The notes under the pieces were generated by a model. That model ran no database searches. It saw nothing but the letters and a program-made list of their open reading frames with translations, and was not told the DNA's origin. Below, in pieces: positions 1-10,282 of a DNA stretch of 64,000 bases (within the stretch, counting starts at the first letter, position 1; each line of letters opens with the position of its first letter). Position numbers and translations under genes: made by a program. The DNA comes from Bacilli bacterium (GTDB lineage: Bacteria; Bacillota_I; Bacilli_A; RF39; UBA660). Where the stretch lies: contig JAFZKH010000009.1 of assembly GCA_017553685.1 (NCBI GenBank), positions 36,945 through 100,944 on the forward strand, read 5' to 3'.

Positions 1-477
1 TTTTATTTCTCTATATTTAGATTTAAGTTCTACTATTCTTTCTCTATTCTTTTCTTCACTTAAAGTAAGTCCTTGAATTTCTGAAAGAATACCATTAGTT
101 CTTTCTTTCAATCTATATATATCTAATTCTATTTCTACTAATTTAGATCTTAATTCTTTATAGTTTTTCTTTTCAAGTAAACCATCAGCATCTAATATCA
201 TATCTGATATTTTAGGAAGTTCATTCTTTCTAATATCCTCAAATTTATCTTGCCATTCTGTATATTTAACCTTTAATTTATCATCTTTAACTAAAGATTC
301 TACTTTACCTAGTTCACTTAATATAGGAGCACTTATAATAAGATTTTTTTCTTTTTCTAGATTTGCTATTTGTTCTTTAAGTTTCTTTTTTCTTCTAGCA
401 TTTTTTAATAAAAAGATACCTACAAGAATAGAAATAACAACAATATAAACTGTAATATATAATAGTGTACCTTTCAT
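1..477 (-). CDS. ezrA: Septation ring formation regulator EzrA, 5' part (runs off window)
   Basis: Hand-translated: ATG at 477 after GGAGG gives MKGTLLYITVYIVVISILVGIFLLKNARRKKK, a single TM then coiled coil (ILSELGKVESL..WQDKF). Divergent from rpsD as in Bacilli. Confidence 0.8.
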   Translation of the reverse strand, partial: MKGTLLYITVYIVVISILVGIFLLKNARRKKKLKEQIANLEKEKNLIISAPILSELGKVESLVKDDKLKVKYTEWQDKFEDIRKNELPKISDMILDADGLLEKKNYKELRSKLVEIELDIYRLKERTNGILSEIQGLTLSEEKNRERIVELKSKYREIK

Positions 478-549
478 ATATACTCCTCCATATTATATAT
501 AACATTATATCACAGGTAAGTATAAAATTATATAGTTTTTAAAAAAATG

Positions 550-578
550 TTGACTATTCCCTTATTTTTAGGTATTAT
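550..578 (+). promoter_or_regulatory. SigA-type promoter for rpsD
   Basis: TTGACT-17 nt-TATTAT. Confidence 0.75.
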
Positions 579-584
579 TATACA

Positions 585-747
585 TGCAAACAAATTGTGC
601 TGATTTTATGTATATAACGTGCTATGTTACTATAGTTTTACGAGTAATGTGTTCCTCTAAAGCGCACACATAAAAGTATTAAAACATACACCCTTTATAT
701 ATAAGGTCTTACTTAAGTTTGAAATATAAGTAAAGGAGGAAAAATTT
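585..747 (+). promoter_or_regulatory. Long rpsD 5' leader, possible S4 autoregulatory RNA
   Basis: ~165 nt UTR with pairing segments (ttttatgt/acataaaa; cttactta/taagtaaag next to the SD). S4 leaders are known in Firmicutes. Confidence 0.4.
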
Positions 748-1347
748 ATGTCAAGATATACTGGATCTGCTTATAAGAAAAGTAGAAGAGTTTCATTCTC
801 AACATTAGAAAATGGTAAAGATTTAGCTAAAAGACCATATAGACCTGGTACTCATGGTCAAGATAGAATTAAACCATCTAACTATTCTGCTCAATTAACT
901 GAAAAACAAAAAGTTAGATTTATGTATGGAATGAATGAAAAACAATTCCACACACTATTCTTAAAAGCTGGTAAGATGGAAGGTATTCATGGTGAAAACT
1001 TCTTAAAATTACTTGAATCTAGATTAGATAATGTAGTTTATAGAATGGGATTAGCTACTACAAGAAGAGCAGCTAGACAAGTTGTTAACCATGGTCATAT
1101 TCTTGTTAATGGTAAAAGAGTTGATATTCCATCATACAATGTTAAACCTGGTGATAAGATCTCTGTAAGAGAAGCTTCTAGAGATCATAAAGCTATTCTT
1201 GCTTCACTTGAAGCAGTTAATAGTATTCCTGAATATGTTACTTTTGATAAAAAGAACTTTGAAGGAACTTATGTTAGATATCCAGAAAGAAATGAATTAA
1301 ATGCTGATATTAACGAAGCATTTATCGTTGAATTCTATAACAGATAA
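748..1347 (+). CDS. rpsD: 30S ribosomal protein S4
   Basis: MSRYTGS..., [27 protein letters not shown]. Confidence 0.98.
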   Translation: MSRYTGSAYKKSRRVSFSTLENGKDLAKRPYRPGTHGQDRIKPSNYSAQLTEKQKVRFMYGMNEKQFHTLFLKAGKMEGIHGENFLKLLESRLDNVVYRMGLATTRRAARQVVNHGHILVNGKRVDIPSYNVKPGDKISVREASRDHKAILASLEAVNSIPEYVTFDKKNFEGTYVRYPERNELNADINEAFIVEFYNR

Positions 1348-1351
1348 TAAT

Positions 1352-1377
1352 AAAAACTAGTCAATTGACTAGTTTTT
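1352..1377. terminator. Bidirectional intrinsic terminator between rpsD and tyrS
   Basis: Perfect palindrome aaaaactagtcaattgactagttttt. Confidence 0.85.
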
Positions 1378-1380
1378 TTA

Positions 1381-2613
1381 TTATTCAAATATAACTAAAT
1401 GATATTTCTTTTTACCTCTTCTTACTACTAGGTACTTGTTATATAAACAAGTATCTTTATTTATAGTTAATTCAAGGTCAGTTATTCTTTCTCCATTTAA
1501 ACTAATAGATCCATTAGTTAAGAATTCTCTTGCTTCTCTTTTACTAGATAGTATTCCTGTATTAACAAGCATATCTACTATATTTACTTCTTCAGAAATA
1601 GTACTAGTTTCAACACCACTTAAAGCTGCCTTTAATTCGTCTTCATCAAGAGATTTAATGTCTCCTGAGAATAATGCTTCTGTTATTTTTAATGCTTTAT
1701 TAAAGCTTTCTTCTCCATGTAAATCAGTAATAATTTGCTTAGCTAATTCTTTTTGAGCTATTCTTTGTTCAGGAACTTCATTATGTCTTTTCATTATGTC
1801 TTCAATTTCTTCTTTAGAAAGGAATGTAAATACTTTTAAATATTCTTCTACTTTTGCATCATCAGTATTAATTAAATATTGATATAACTCATAACTAGAA
1901 GTTTTACTTTCATCAAGCCATAAAGCATTGCCTTCACTCTTACCAAATTTATTTCCAGCAGAGTCTAATATTAAAGGCATAGTAAATGCATTTAATGATT
2001 TACCAATTTTCTTGTTAATTAAATCTATACCTGTTGTAATATTACCCCATTGATCTGAACCAGCACATTCAAGTACTACATTCTTTGTTTCATGTAAATA
2101 TAAGAAGTCATATCCTTGCATTAAAGTATAAGCAAACTCAGTAAATGTAATACCAGTTTCTAGTCTTCTATTAATAATATCTTTAGCAAGCATATAGTTA
2201 ACATTTATATATTTACCTACATCTCTTAAGAAATCTATCCAAGAAATATCTTTAAACCAATCATAGTTATTAACTATTTCTGCATTACCATCAAATATAT
2301 CTAATACTTGTTTTTTAATAGCTTCTACGTTACCATCAATTATCTCTTTAGATATTATTTCTCTTTCTGCAGTTGGTCTTGGGTCTCCAATTAAACCAGT
2401 AGCACCACCTACTAATAGTATTGGATGATGTCCAGCTTTAGCAAGTCTTTTTGCAGTTACTAAACTAGAATAATGTCCTAAATGTAAACTATCTGCTGTT
2501 GGATCAGTACCCCAATAAAATGCAATTGGTTCTCCATCTAAAACTTTTTCTAAGTTTTCTGAAGCAACATCTTTTATTAAACCTCTATACATTAAATCTT
2601 CATATAATTTCAT
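1381..2613 (-). CDS. tyrS: Tyrosine--tRNA ligase
   Basis: GTDPTADSLHLGH, GSDQWGNI, KFGKS, C-terminal S4-like domain. Confidence 0.97.
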   Translation of the reverse strand: MKLYEDLMYRGLIKDVASENLEKVLDGEPIAFYWGTDPTADSLHLGHYSSLVTAKRLAKAGHHPILLVGGATGLIGDPRPTAEREIISKEIIDGNVEAIKKQVLDIFDGNAEIVNNYDWFKDISWIDFLRDVGKYINVNYMLAKDIINRRLETGITFTEFAYTLMQGYDFLYLHETKNVVLECAGSDQWGNITTGIDLINKKIGKSLNAFTMPLILDSAGNKFGKSEGNALWLDESKTSSYELYQYLINTDDAKVEEYLKVFTFLSKEEIEDIMKRHNEVPEQRIAQKELAKQIITDLHGEESFNKALKITEALFSGDIKSLDEDELKAALSGVETSTISEEVNIVDMLVNTGILSSKREAREFLTNGSISLNGERITDLELTINKDTCLYNKYLVVRRGKKKYHLVIFE

Positions 2614-2624
2614 TTTTTACCTCC

Positions 2625-2825
2625 TATAAAACAAAAAATACCCATGATGTAGGGACTATTAATAGCGGTACCACCCTACTTCATAGATATTACTATGCAC
2701 TTTAATTCTTAACGCGAATCTTCGTTTTAATTCATAACAATGTATCTTCATATTTTACTTGTATAAGTTTCCACCGTACTTATATCTCTATGTTTCAAAT
2801 AAAATACTACTTTGTTGTTAATCAC
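2625..2825 (-). promoter_or_regulatory. T-box riboswitch upstream of tyrS
   Basis: Minus strand shows AGAGA and GGTGGAA stem-I motifs, AGTA/GAA bulge with a TAC (Tyr) specifier candidate, T-box AGTAGGGTGGTACCGC, and a terminator with U-run. Confidence 0.9.
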
Positions 2826-2871
2826 AATTAATTAAATGTATTTTAATATAATACTAATACTATGTCAATGA

Positions 2872-3675
2872 TTATTCATCATCGTCATCGTATTCATCAG
2901 ATTCCATATTATCAAGTAAATTAAATAATTCATTAGTATCTGCTTTTACTTCATCAGATTCTGATTCTTCTACTACTTTTTTGTTCTTCTTTACTCTTGT
3001 TTCAGGTATTTCTACTTCCTTAGCTTCAGCATTTTCTTCACCATAAGAAATAGGAACATCTTCTTCTTTTTCATCTAGATTATAGAATATAGATTTTCTT
3101 TCATTTAAAGTTTTTTCTAATTCTTCATCCATTTCTTTATAAGCTTTATTTCTAACAGTATCATAATCACTTATTTTTTTATTAAGACTATGATCATCAC
3201 CTTTATTAATTTCTTCTACATCATCAACATTATAGTCTTTATCTAGAATACCATATACAGGAGAAATAACAGGACTAGGTCTAAATCTAGTCTTTAGTTC
3301 TTCACTAGATTCTTTTCTTACAGGTTCATCAAATCTTAATCTCGAAGTAGGTCCAAAATATTCATCTTTTTCTTGTTCAGTAAATCCACTTGATGTTTCT
3401 TCCTCTTCATCATCTACATCTACAGGAAAATTAAATGTTCTTTCAGATCTAAATAATTCTCTTTCACTAAGATCAGAATTAGTTTTTTCTTCTTCGTATT
3501 CGATATCTATTCTTTGAGTTTTTTCCTCTACAGGTTCTCTTTTAACAATTTCTTCTTTCTTTTCTCTTATTTTAAATGGATTCTCTTTTTTAGGTTTATC
3601 AGGTTTTATAACAACATCATTTGTTCCATCTTCATCTTCATAAAAGAAATCTTTTACTTTATCTAAAAATCCCAT
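2872..3675 (-). CDS. Highly acidic hypothetical protein with SftA/FtsK N-terminal-like motifs
   Basis: N-terminal MGFLDKVKDFF, internal FRPSPVISPVYG, otherwise E/D/K-rich low complexity. Confidence 0.6.
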   Translation of the reverse strand: MGFLDKVKDFFYEDEDGTNDVVIKPDKPKKENPFKIREKKEEIVKREPVEEKTQRIDIEYEEEKTNSDLSERELFRSERTFNFPVDVDDEEEETSSGFTEQEKDEYFGPTSRLRFDEPVRKESSEELKTRFRPSPVISPVYGILDKDYNVDDVEEINKGDDHSLNKKISDYDTVRNKAYKEMDEELEKTLNERKSIFYNLDEKEEDVPISYGEENAEAKEVEIPETRVKKNKKVVEESESDEVKADTNELFNLLDNMESDEYDDDDE

Positions 3676-3684
3676 ATGTCCTCC

Positions 3685-4371
3685 TTAGTCTTCATTTTTT
3701 GCATCTACTTCATCATGCTCTATTAAACTATGTGCATCTTCTTCTGCATCATATACGTCATATTTTTTAACTTCTTCTAGATAATTACTACTACCAGTAT
3801 CACTATCAATATTAAATAATGTATATTCTTTATTCTCACTTAAATCATATTTTTCACTACCAAGTATTTCTTCTATAATTGTATCATTATATTTAATAGA
3901 AGACAAAGTATAAAATATTTCAGGTAAAGCATCATTTAGTTTTTTCTTACTAACATGAGCTTCTATTTTAGAATAATTATACATAGCTTTAACATAATAA
4001 TAATCTTTTTTATCAATTACTTCTAAATAACCAGTATTATTTTTGTAATTAATCATTTCAGAAATATATGAATCCTCATCTGGTGTATAATCTTTACTTG
4101 TTTTATGATAATAACTAACAAGATCTACATACATATAATAAGTTCCATTAGCACTTCTAAGTACTTGGTTAAACTCATTACCTTCTTTTTTAGTTATACC
4201 ATTTAATAAGTAGTATTGATAACCAACTGAGTTAGTATTTACTTTATGAGTTTTTCTTTTTAATACATTATTTATGTTTTTAATATTATTTTTAGTATTA
4301 ATTCTAACTACAGAACAACCACTTAATACAAACACACATAATAGTAATAAAATAATCTTTTTTAACTTCAT
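3685..4371 (-). CDS. Hypothetical lipoprotein
   Basis: Signal peptide with lipobox VLSGC. Confidence 0.75.
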   Translation of the reverse strand: MKLKKIILLLLCVFVLSGCSVVRINTKNNIKNINNVLKRKTHKVNTNSVGYQYYLLNGITKKEGNEFNQVLRSANGTYYMYVDLVSYYHKTSKDYTPDEDSYISEMINYKNNTGYLEVIDKKDYYYVKAMYNYSKIEAHVSKKKLNDALPEIFYTLSSIKYNDTIIEEILGSEKYDLSENKEYTLFNIDSDTGSSNYLEEVKKYDVYDAEEDAHSLIEHDEVDAKNED

Positions 4372-4428
4372 TTTCTTACCTACTTTGTTCTTTTATTATA
4401 TCAAAAATTAAAGAATAATTAAAGTATT

Positions 4429-5055
4429 TTATTTATAAGCCTCTAATCTATTAATTTTAATTCCTTTAGAACTAAATTTCTTTTCATATTCAGTTTCAAC
4501 ATTTTCTATATCTTCTGAATGAAGATCTAATGTTACATTTTTTAATTTATATCCATAATTAGATAAAGATTCTATTGAGAAAGCAAATAATTTAATATTA
4601 TCTGTTTTCATAAATATTACTTTGTCTTTTTTAAAGACATTATCATATTTAGATAATAATCTTTCATGAGTTAATCTTCTTTTAGCATTTCTATTTTTAG
4701 GCCATGGATCAGAAAAGTTTAAATATATAAGAGATACTTCTTTTTTAAAAACTTTATCTATATCATTAGCATCCATTCTAATTAATTTTAAATTTGGAAT
4801 ATCTAATTTATCTAGTTTTTTAACAGCATGCATAAGTACACTATCATACATTTCTATTCCAATAAAATTAATCTCAGGATGTAGTTTAGCCATTCCTATA
4901 ATAAAGTCTCCTTTACCCATACCAATTTCAATATGAATAGGATTCTTATTACCAAAAAGTTTACTCCAAGAAGATATTTGATCTTCTGGATTTAATACTA
5001 CATACTTTGAATTATTAATAATATCTTTAGCATTTTTATTATTTCTTAATCTCAT
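4429..5055 (-). CDS. trmB: tRNA (guanine-N7)-methyltransferase
   Basis: IEIGMGKG, LNFSDPWPK, KTDN, TEYE. Start adjusted to MRLRNNK. Confidence 0.95.
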   Translation of the reverse strand: MRLRNNKNAKDIINNSKYVVLNPEDQISSWSKLFGNKNPIHIEIGMGKGDFIIGMAKLHPEINFIGIEMYDSVLMHAVKKLDKLDIPNLKLIRMDANDIDKVFKKEVSLIYLNFSDPWPKNRNAKRRLTHERLLSKYDNVFKKDKVIFMKTDNIKLFAFSIESLSNYGYKLKNVTLDLHSEDIENVETEYEKKFSSKGIKINRLEAYK

Positions 5056-6703
5056 TCTTTTCCCCTGATTTTTTAAATATTTTTTTAATTTTACCCAATA
5101 ATTCTTTAGCAATTACTGTTTTAAATAATGGTTTATATGTAAATATAAAGTATACTATCATACCTACTACTGCATATATAGCTATTATTATAATTGCATT
5201 ACTTCTAGATGTTGGAACTATATCTATAAACATTCTTAGGATAAATAAACTTGCAAGCATAGCACCAGATCCAAATAATATCCAGAATAATCCTTTAAAT
5301 GTATCCTTCATACTTATTTTCATTTTCTTAATCATATAAATAATTGAAATAATATATGTTGATGAAAGTGATATAAGAGTACCAGATATAGTACCTACAT
5401 ATGGAGGTAATCCTAGTTTATATGCTCCAACCATAAGTGGATATTGTAATCCTGCTTTTAATATAAGTTCTACTATTAAAGCTATAAATACTATTTTATA
5501 TTTATTAACAGATTGCATTATTATAAGTGTGATAGTATATAAAGAAGATGCTATAGCAGCAAATATAAATATACTAAACACTGAAGCAGCAAGTCCATGA
5601 TTTTGGTAGAATACTTCCCAAACTGGTTTTGCTAAAAATGATAATCCAATAGTCATTGGAACACCAAAATATAATAATATTGTATATGCTTCATTAACTC
5701 TTTTTCTAACTGAATCCATATCATTTTTAACATAACTAGATGTTATATGTGGAAGTAAACTAGTAACTAATCCTGTAGCTATTGCAATAATAATTTGGTT
5801 TAATTTAACACCCCAAGTAGTTAATACTCCCATAACAGTTTCAGCTTTGGTGATTGTATAACCTGTATAATTAACGAGTATCTTAACTACTGTAAACATA
5901 TTTATTAATGCACATGCATTACCTACTGCATCTATTAATATAAATGGAACAGCATATTTAATAATCTTTAACCATATTTCTTTTGTAGAAATATTTTTTT
6001 CTTCGTCTTTTGGTTTTTGATTAACTAAGAATATATCTTTATTAGTTTTAATCTTAATTAATAAATAAAATAATGCAAATAAACCACCAATAGTAGCACC
6101 AAAACAAGCGACAGCTACAGATGTTCTAACATCATGAGATAATTTCATAGCAAAATAACTACCAAATACTACTATGGCTACTCTAAATAATTGTTCTACT
6201 ACTTGGCTAAGTGATGACTCAGTCATATATTTATTACCTTGTAAGTATCCTCTTGATACTGATAATGGAGGAATAACAAGTATAGCTGTAGCAATAACTC
6301 TAATAACATATACTATATCTTCAATAGTATTTCCACCTTCAATATCTCCAATTATCATTTTTGCAATTGGTTCTGCAAATATAAATAATAAAGCAAATAT
6401 AACAACAGCAAAAGCCATTATTACTCTTCTACCTTGTTTATAAACTCTTTCTCTTGTATGGTAATAACCAAGTGCATTGTATTCACTAACAAGTTTTGAT
6501 ATAGCAAGCGGAATACCTACAGTAGATATAGATAAGAAAGTAGCATATATAGTATATGCATAACCATATAATGCTCCTCCTTGTTCTCCTATTACTTTAT
6601 AAAATGGTACTACATAAATAATACCTATAATTTTAGTTAAAATAATCGCAAAAGTTGCTATAAAGGCTCCTTGTTTAAAGGAACTTTTTTTCATTTTTCC
6701 CAT
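5039..6703 (-). CDS. murJ: MurJ/YtgP-type lipid II flippase (polysaccharide biosynthesis family)
   Basis: ~14 TMs, GIPLAISKLVSEY, RGYLQG, SQVVEQLFR. Confidence 0.8.
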   Translation of the reverse strand: MGKMKKSSFKQGAFIATFAIILTKIIGIIYVVPFYKVIGEQGGALYGYAYTIYATFLSISTVGIPLAISKLVSEYNALGYYHTRERVYKQGRRVIMAFAVVIFALLFIFAEPIAKMIIGDIEGGNTIEDIVYVIRVIATAILVIPPLSVSRGYLQGNKYMTESSLSQVVEQLFRVAIVVFGSYFAMKLSHDVRTSVAVACFGATIGGLFALFYLLIKIKTNKDIFLVNQKPKDEEKNISTKEIWLKIIKYAVPFILIDAVGNACALINMFTVVKILVNYTGYTITKAETVMGVLTTWGVKLNQIIIAIATGLVTSLLPHITSSYVKNDMDSVRKRVNEAYTILLYFGVPMTIGLSFLAKPVWEVFYQNHGLAASVFSIFIFAAIASSLYTITLIIMQSVNKYKIVFIALIVELILKAGLQYPLMVGAYKLGLPPYVGTISGTLISLSSTYIISIIYMIKKMKISMKDTFKGLFWILFGSGAMLASLFILRMFIDIVPTSRSNAIIIIAIYAVVGMIVYFIFTYKPLFKTVIAKELLGKIKKIFKKSGEKNEIKK

Positions 6704-6715
6704 AAGGACCTCCCT

Positions 6716-7279
6716 TTATTCTTCTTCTGTATATTTAGATTCATATAGATCTTTATCATCTAATATTTCTATATCAGTAGTATCTATTTCAGGTAATTTA
6801 GATAAATCTGGTAAATTAAAATAATCTAAGAAATAATCAGTTGTTTTATATAAATTTGGTCTACCAGGTAAATCTGATTTACCAGCATTCATAATTAATC
6901 CCTTAGCAATTAAATTTCTAACCATTTGAGAAGAATTAACTCCTCTTATTTCATCTATTGATACTCTTGTAATTGGTTCATTATAAGCAATAATAGCAAG
7001 TGTTTCTAGGGCAGCTTCTGATAAATTATTACTTACTTCTAAAGATATCTTCTTTAAATATTTAAGATTATCTTCTTTAGTAACTAATTTATAAGAATTA
7101 CCAAGAACTTTAATATCTAGTCCTCTATCTTTTTTACTATATTCACTTTTTAAATCATTAATTAGTTTTAATGTATCTTCTTCATTAAGTTCTAGTATAC
7201 CTTCTATTTCTTCTAGTTTTAATCCTTCTTCTCCTACAGCAAATAGTATACTTTCTAAAGCACTAATCAAGTTCTTCAC
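6716..7279 (-). CDS. scpB: SMC-Scp complex subunit ScpB
   Basis: LESILFAVG, LETLAIIAYNEPITR, GRPNLYKTT. Confidence 0.95.
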   Translation of the reverse strand: MKNLISALESILFAVGEEGLKLEEIEGILELNEEDTLKLINDLKSEYSKKDRGLDIKVLGNSYKLVTKEDNLKYLKKISLEVSNNLSEAALETLAIIAYNEPITRVSIDEIRGVNSSQMVRNLIAKGLIMNAGKSDLPGRPNLYKTTDYFLDYFNLPDLSKLPEIDTTDIEILDDKDLYESKYTEEE

Positions 7280-7985
7280 CTTCTTTATAATTAACAGTTA
7301 TATTATTAAAATTATTTTCTTGAGTAATAGTTATTTCTCCTTCTTTAGCCATTTCTAAAATAGATAAGAATGTAACTACTACATACTCTTTAGTTCTTAT
7401 TTCAAATAAATCAAAGAAAGATATTTTCTTTTTCTTCTTTAATAAAGATCTTATTTCATTAGTTCTATCAGTAACTAATATTTCTTTTCTAGCAATCTTA
7501 GTTTCAAGAGGTTTTTCATCTTCTTTTCTTTGAAGAAATTTATTTAAAGCATCTACTAAATTCTCTAAAGTAATATCTCCATCATTTTTAATTGGATCAC
7601 TATATTCATATAGATTCATAGGATCTTTAGTAAATATATCTTTTCTATCTCTTTCTAAAGATTTAAATTCATCTATCATATCTTTATATCTTTGATATTC
7701 TACTAATCTATTAACTAGATTTTCTCTAGGATCTTCTTCCTCTTCTTCTTCATTATTTCTTGGAAGAAGCATCTTTGATTTAATTAATGTAAGTTCAGAA
7801 GCCATAACTAAATATTCAGATGCAACATCTAAATTTAATTCTTGCATTTTATTAATAAAATCTACATATTGCTTTGTTATTTCTTCAATTTTTATATCAT
7901 AAATATCCATCTTAGATGTTTTAATTAAATGAAGTAAAAGATCTAATGGTCCCTCAAAGTCATTTATAATAAAATTTGCTTCCAT
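7263..7985 (-). CDS. scpA: Segregation and condensation protein ScpA
   Basis: FEGPLDLLLHLI, IKSKMLLP, FLSILEM. Confidence 0.95.
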   Translation of the reverse strand: MEANFIINDFEGPLDLLLHLIKTSKMDIYDIKIEEITKQYVDFINKMQELNLDVASEYLVMASELTLIKSKMLLPRNNEEEEEEDPRENLVNRLVEYQRYKDMIDEFKSLERDRKDIFTKDPMNLYEYSDPIKNDGDITLENLVDALNKFLQRKEDEKPLETKIARKEILVTDRTNEIRSLLKKKKKISFFDLFEIRTKEYVVVTFLSILEMAKEGEITITQENNFNNITVNYKEGEELD

Positions 7986-8070
7986 TTTTTCACCCACATA
8001 TCATAATAATTATATCATTTTTTTATATATAATAAAAGCATTTATGGTATAATTTTCTTAGAGGTTTTAT

Positions 8071-8370
8071 ATGAAAAGATTTAATATGATTGATGAAGAA
8101 TTTATATGTGAACATTGCTCTAAAGAAGTTCCTAAATTAGAATATTCTGCTAGAGATCATTGTCCATATTGTTTATATTCTAAACATGTAGATATTAATC
8201 CTGGGGATAGATCTAATACATGCATGGGATTACTTAAACCTGTTGGAATAGAGAAATTTAAAGATACATATAAAATTATTTATAAATGTGAAAAATGTCA
8301 TGAATATCATAAGAATATAATGGCTAATGATGATAATTATGACTTGATAATAGAACTGTCAAAAAACTAG
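8071..8370 (+). CDS. RNHCP domain-containing protein
   Basis: CEHC..RDHCPYCLYSKHVD..PGDR. Confidence 0.9.
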   Translation: MKRFNMIDEEFICEHCSKEVPKLEYSARDHCPYCLYSKHVDINPGDRSNTCMGLLKPVGIEKFKDTYKIIYKCEKCHEYHKNIMANDDNYDLIIELSKN

Positions 8371-8424
8371 TATACAAACTAGTTTTTATTTTTTATATGA
8401 TATAATTTATATAGAGGTAAGCAT

Positions 8425-9510
8425 ATGAAAAAGAAAAGGAAACCTAATTATAAACTTAGAAGAACTATTGCTAAGATAATAATTGCTCTTTTAATTATAG
8501 TTCCTTTAGTAATAATATTTAAAACTAAGATTATTAATGCTCCTTTATATATAAAATATCATAAGAATACTGAAGTATTAAATGCTCTATTTGATTCTAA
8601 ATTTACAAGAGAAGAAGTTAAAGAATTTATGCCTAAATTAAAAGAAAAAGGCATTAATAGTTATACTGATGACTATATAATTAGTTTAAGTAATAAAGGT
8701 TATAAACCTAGTACTATTGAATATATTCTACTTAATTTTAAAATGGGAGATACTAAATATTTAATTAATACAAAGTATGATGAAGATGTAGAAAAAATGA
8801 TAGTAAATAAATTATTTGATTATAGTAAATATGATAGATATATTAATGCTAGAAGCGATGATGAAGATATTGATAGAACTATTCTTAGAGTTACTTTAGA
8901 TATTGATAAAGATAATTATACAGATACTGTTGAAATAGAAGATCCTAATTCATTAACTACATTCATTAATAAACATAGATATGTTAATGAAGACTATGTT
9001 CCAGATGATTTAGTAGATATGAGTGATGATTATGCTAACAACTATTATGGACAATTACAATTAAGAAGTGAAGCATATGAACAATTTAAAAAGATGGTTG
9101 ATGATGCTAACAAAGAAGATTTAGAAATATATGCTGATACAACATATAGATCATTTAAATCACAAAAATCAATTTATAATAATTATGTATATGAAAATGG
9201 ATATGATAAAGCAAGTTTATATGCTGCAAGAGCAGGATTCTCTGAACATGAACTTGGAACTGCTATAGATATATCTAATGGATACTTAATTGAAAAAGGA
9301 GATCCTGAATATAATTGGCTTATGCAATATGCTTATAAATATGGATTTATATTTAGATATACTGAGGATAATATTGATTTAACTGGATATGCTGCTGAAC
9401 CATGGCATATTAGATATGTAGGTGTTGAAGTAGCTACTAAAATGCATAAAGAAAACCTTACATTTGAAGAATATTGGATAAAATATGAATATAAAAAAGA
9501 AGCTAAATAG
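8425..9510 (+). CDS. Membrane-anchored D-Ala-D-Ala carboxypeptidase, peptidase M15B (VanY/LdcB-like)
   Basis: N-terminal TM, YRS, SEHELGTAID, EPWHIRYVG. Confidence 0.9.
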   Translation: MKKKRKPNYKLRRTIAKIIIALLIIVPLVIIFKTKIINAPLYIKYHKNTEVLNALFDSKFTREEVKEFMPKLKEKGINSYTDDYIISLSNKGYKPSTIEYILLNFKMGDTKYLINTKYDEDVEKMIVNKLFDYSKYDRYINARSDDEDIDRTILRVTLDIDKDNYTDTVEIEDPNSLTTFINKHRYVNEDYVPDDLVDMSDDYANNYYGQLQLRSEAYEQFKKMVDDANKEDLEIYADTTYRSFKSQKSIYNNYVYENGYDKASLYAARAGFSEHELGTAIDISNGYLIEKGDPEYNWLMQYAYKYGFIFRYTEDNIDLTGYAAEPWHIRYVGVEVATKMHKENLTFEEYWIKYEYKKEAK

Positions 9511-9517
9511 CTTCTTT

Positions 9518-10069
9518 TTATTGTGCTCTTCTTCCAGTAATAAATGTACATTTATTTGTTGTTGTAGAGAATGTACCATATAAGTAATTATTACTAGCAC
9601 TATACCATAAATATTTTTTACTATAAGCACTCTTTTCAACTAAAGTACCTTCTACATTACCAACCATTTCATTAAACTTAGAAACAGTCATTTCACCTTT
9701 TTTAATAGCATTTTGAATATCTTCATAGTTAGTTAAATCAACTTTATTATTTGCAATCTTTTCTTTGTCAAATTCTATTGTTATATTTGATTTACCACCT
9801 TCATTAAATTGAACTTTAATTGATGAATCTTTAGTTACTTCCCAAACATAAATAGTATAACTATCTTTGCTTTCTTTCTTTTTACCATCAAATCCCATTT
9901 TTTCATTAACTGTTTCAAGTGAATCAGTTACTTCAATATTCTTAATGCATTCAAATACTGTACAATTTCCTTTAATCTTTTCTTCTTCTGGTTTAACATT
10001 CTTTTTACCACATCCTGCTAATACTACAACCATAGTAAGAACTAATAAACCTGCTAAAATCTTTTTCAT
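9518..10069 (-). CDS. Lipoprotein with two BLIP/DUF3862-like repeats
   Basis: Lipobox LAGC and two repeats of pattern helix-G..G....Y.W......(V/G).F. Confidence 0.6.
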   Translation of the reverse strand: MKKILAGLLVLTMVVVLAGCGKKNVKPEEEKIKGNCTVFECIKNIEVTDSLETVNEKMGFDGKKKESKDSYTIYVWEVTKDSSIKVQFNEGGKSNITIEFDKEKIANNKVDLTNYEDIQNAIKKGEMTVSKFNEMVGNVEGTLVEKSAYSKKYLWYSASNNYLYGTFSTTTNKCTFITGRRAQ

Positions 10070-10282
10070 TATTATTCCTCCTAATATGATTATAACACAT
10101 TCAAATAAAAATATTTTTTAAAACTTCAAATTTAACATTTTATAAATATATATTTTTCAAAAAGTATTCTTTTATCTAACAAAAATCATTTTTTTAAAGG
10201 AAAAATACTATTACTACTCTATTTTCATCATTTGATTATATATATCTAATACATAAAATATATGCATGAAAGGAGAAAAAAG

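Noticed and set aside
1436-1756. Antisense or overlapping ORFs in the track (e.g. 1436, 6174, 9333, 9867, 13842, 29103, 37831, 55605, 60775)
   Set aside because: They lie opposite well-supported genes, with no RBS or recognisable motifs.
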